DNA of 64,000 nucleotides from Iphione sp. A-MEVVRFRX5 (lineage: Eukaryota), in NCBI GenBank assembly GCA_976226885.1, contig OZ320316.1, positions 58,032,001 to 58,096,000 of the forward strand, written 5' to 3'. The notes beneath the pieces were generated by a model, which saw only the letters and a list, made by a program, of their open reading frames with translations, was not told the DNA's origin and did no database searches. Below are positions 63,183 to 64,000 of this stretch, piece after piece. The position numbers and the translations under genes are program-made. Position 1 is the stretch's first letter, and every line of letters starts with the position of its first letter.

Positions 63183-64000
63183 GTAAACCGGTAATGGATC
63201 GCCTGATTAAGCGCTGGCTGGCCCTCTAAATTTCGCCATGGGCTGGGACTTGATCTTTATCCGGCCCAGCGGTTCCAATGCTAATCACTGAACCGCGCTT
63301 TACGTGTACAGGTATATTCCCTGCTGGGGAACATTTTGGCAACGAAGTTGGTTGAATGAACTGGATCTTTTCCAGTAGTCCATCTCGTGACGTATACTGG
63401 ACAGCGAAAGGTACCACCGTCCCACTGGGCACCTTATATGAACCGAGCGTTGTCGTCCAGTCCTGGGGGCATAATCCCTCTAGAGAAACCATTGCTTCAC
63501 ACCCACCGCCATAATTTCCTGATTGTAAGATATGGCTACAATCACAGAGAAAGGGTATCTCTGTGTGAAGTCCCTCAAGGCTTTCACCAAGCCAGTACCA
63601 TGACCACCTTCTCCGTTGGCTATTGCATTCATCTTCCCAAAGAGCGTCGATCTCCAACCTGCCAGCCAGTCCCTCCTCCAGATATCTGCTTTGAAGAGGG
63701 ATGCTTCTCGTACCCGAGGTTCTAGTCGCCAAACAAGACCAAAAACATTCCCCAGTGCCATAGTTCTTTACCCGCTTGGAGGCTGGATTTCGACTGCTAA
63801 ACGAAGGCAGTGGGAGTTCTGAGGCCTTGTAGGGGTTCAATCGCGGCTGCAGGCTGCTTTAGTGACAGTGTGGAGAAATGGAATTGAGCAACCGTAGGAG
63901 GTACGGCGTACGGGGTGGAACTATTGGGGTGGCAGGGGGCTGTCAAATGCCTCCGATCCAAGATATCCTCAGTAATTCACTTTCATTTTCAGTTCAGATG

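Noticed and set aside
1-64000. CRISPR arrays, rRNA, intact tRNA genes and prokaryotic operon signals
   Set aside because: None were seen. The tandem repeats have no unique spacers, and the DNA is intron-containing eukaryotic sequence.

Overview
This is eukaryotic animal genomic DNA with spliceosomal introns; an invertebrate deuterostome such as amphioxus is plausible but is inference only. The window is dominated by one complete minus-strand ionotropic glutamate receptor (iGluR)-family gene. I reconstructed it by hand as 14 phase-consistent coding exons from about 39768 down to 7542 (about 904 aa, or about 882 aa if the penultimate exon reads through). It has a signal peptide, amino-terminal domain (ATD), S1, M1, the M2 pore loop, M3 (SYTANLAALLT), S2, M4 and a short tail. 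The subunit is unusual in two ways. First, most canonical agonist-binding residues are replaced, including the normally invariant S1 Arg (now Leu). Second, the pore filter QQG reads LRT, although the M3 gate and the S2 disulfide cysteines are intact. The rest of the window is intronic or intergenic. It holds decayed LINE and Penelope fragments, MITEs, tandem and low-complexity repeats, several CpG-rich promoter-like blocks, a twin-hairpin element flanking an AG|GT splice signal upstream of the gene, and a few unassigned candidate exons and ORFs. I recognised no rRNA, intact tRNA or CRISPR features.
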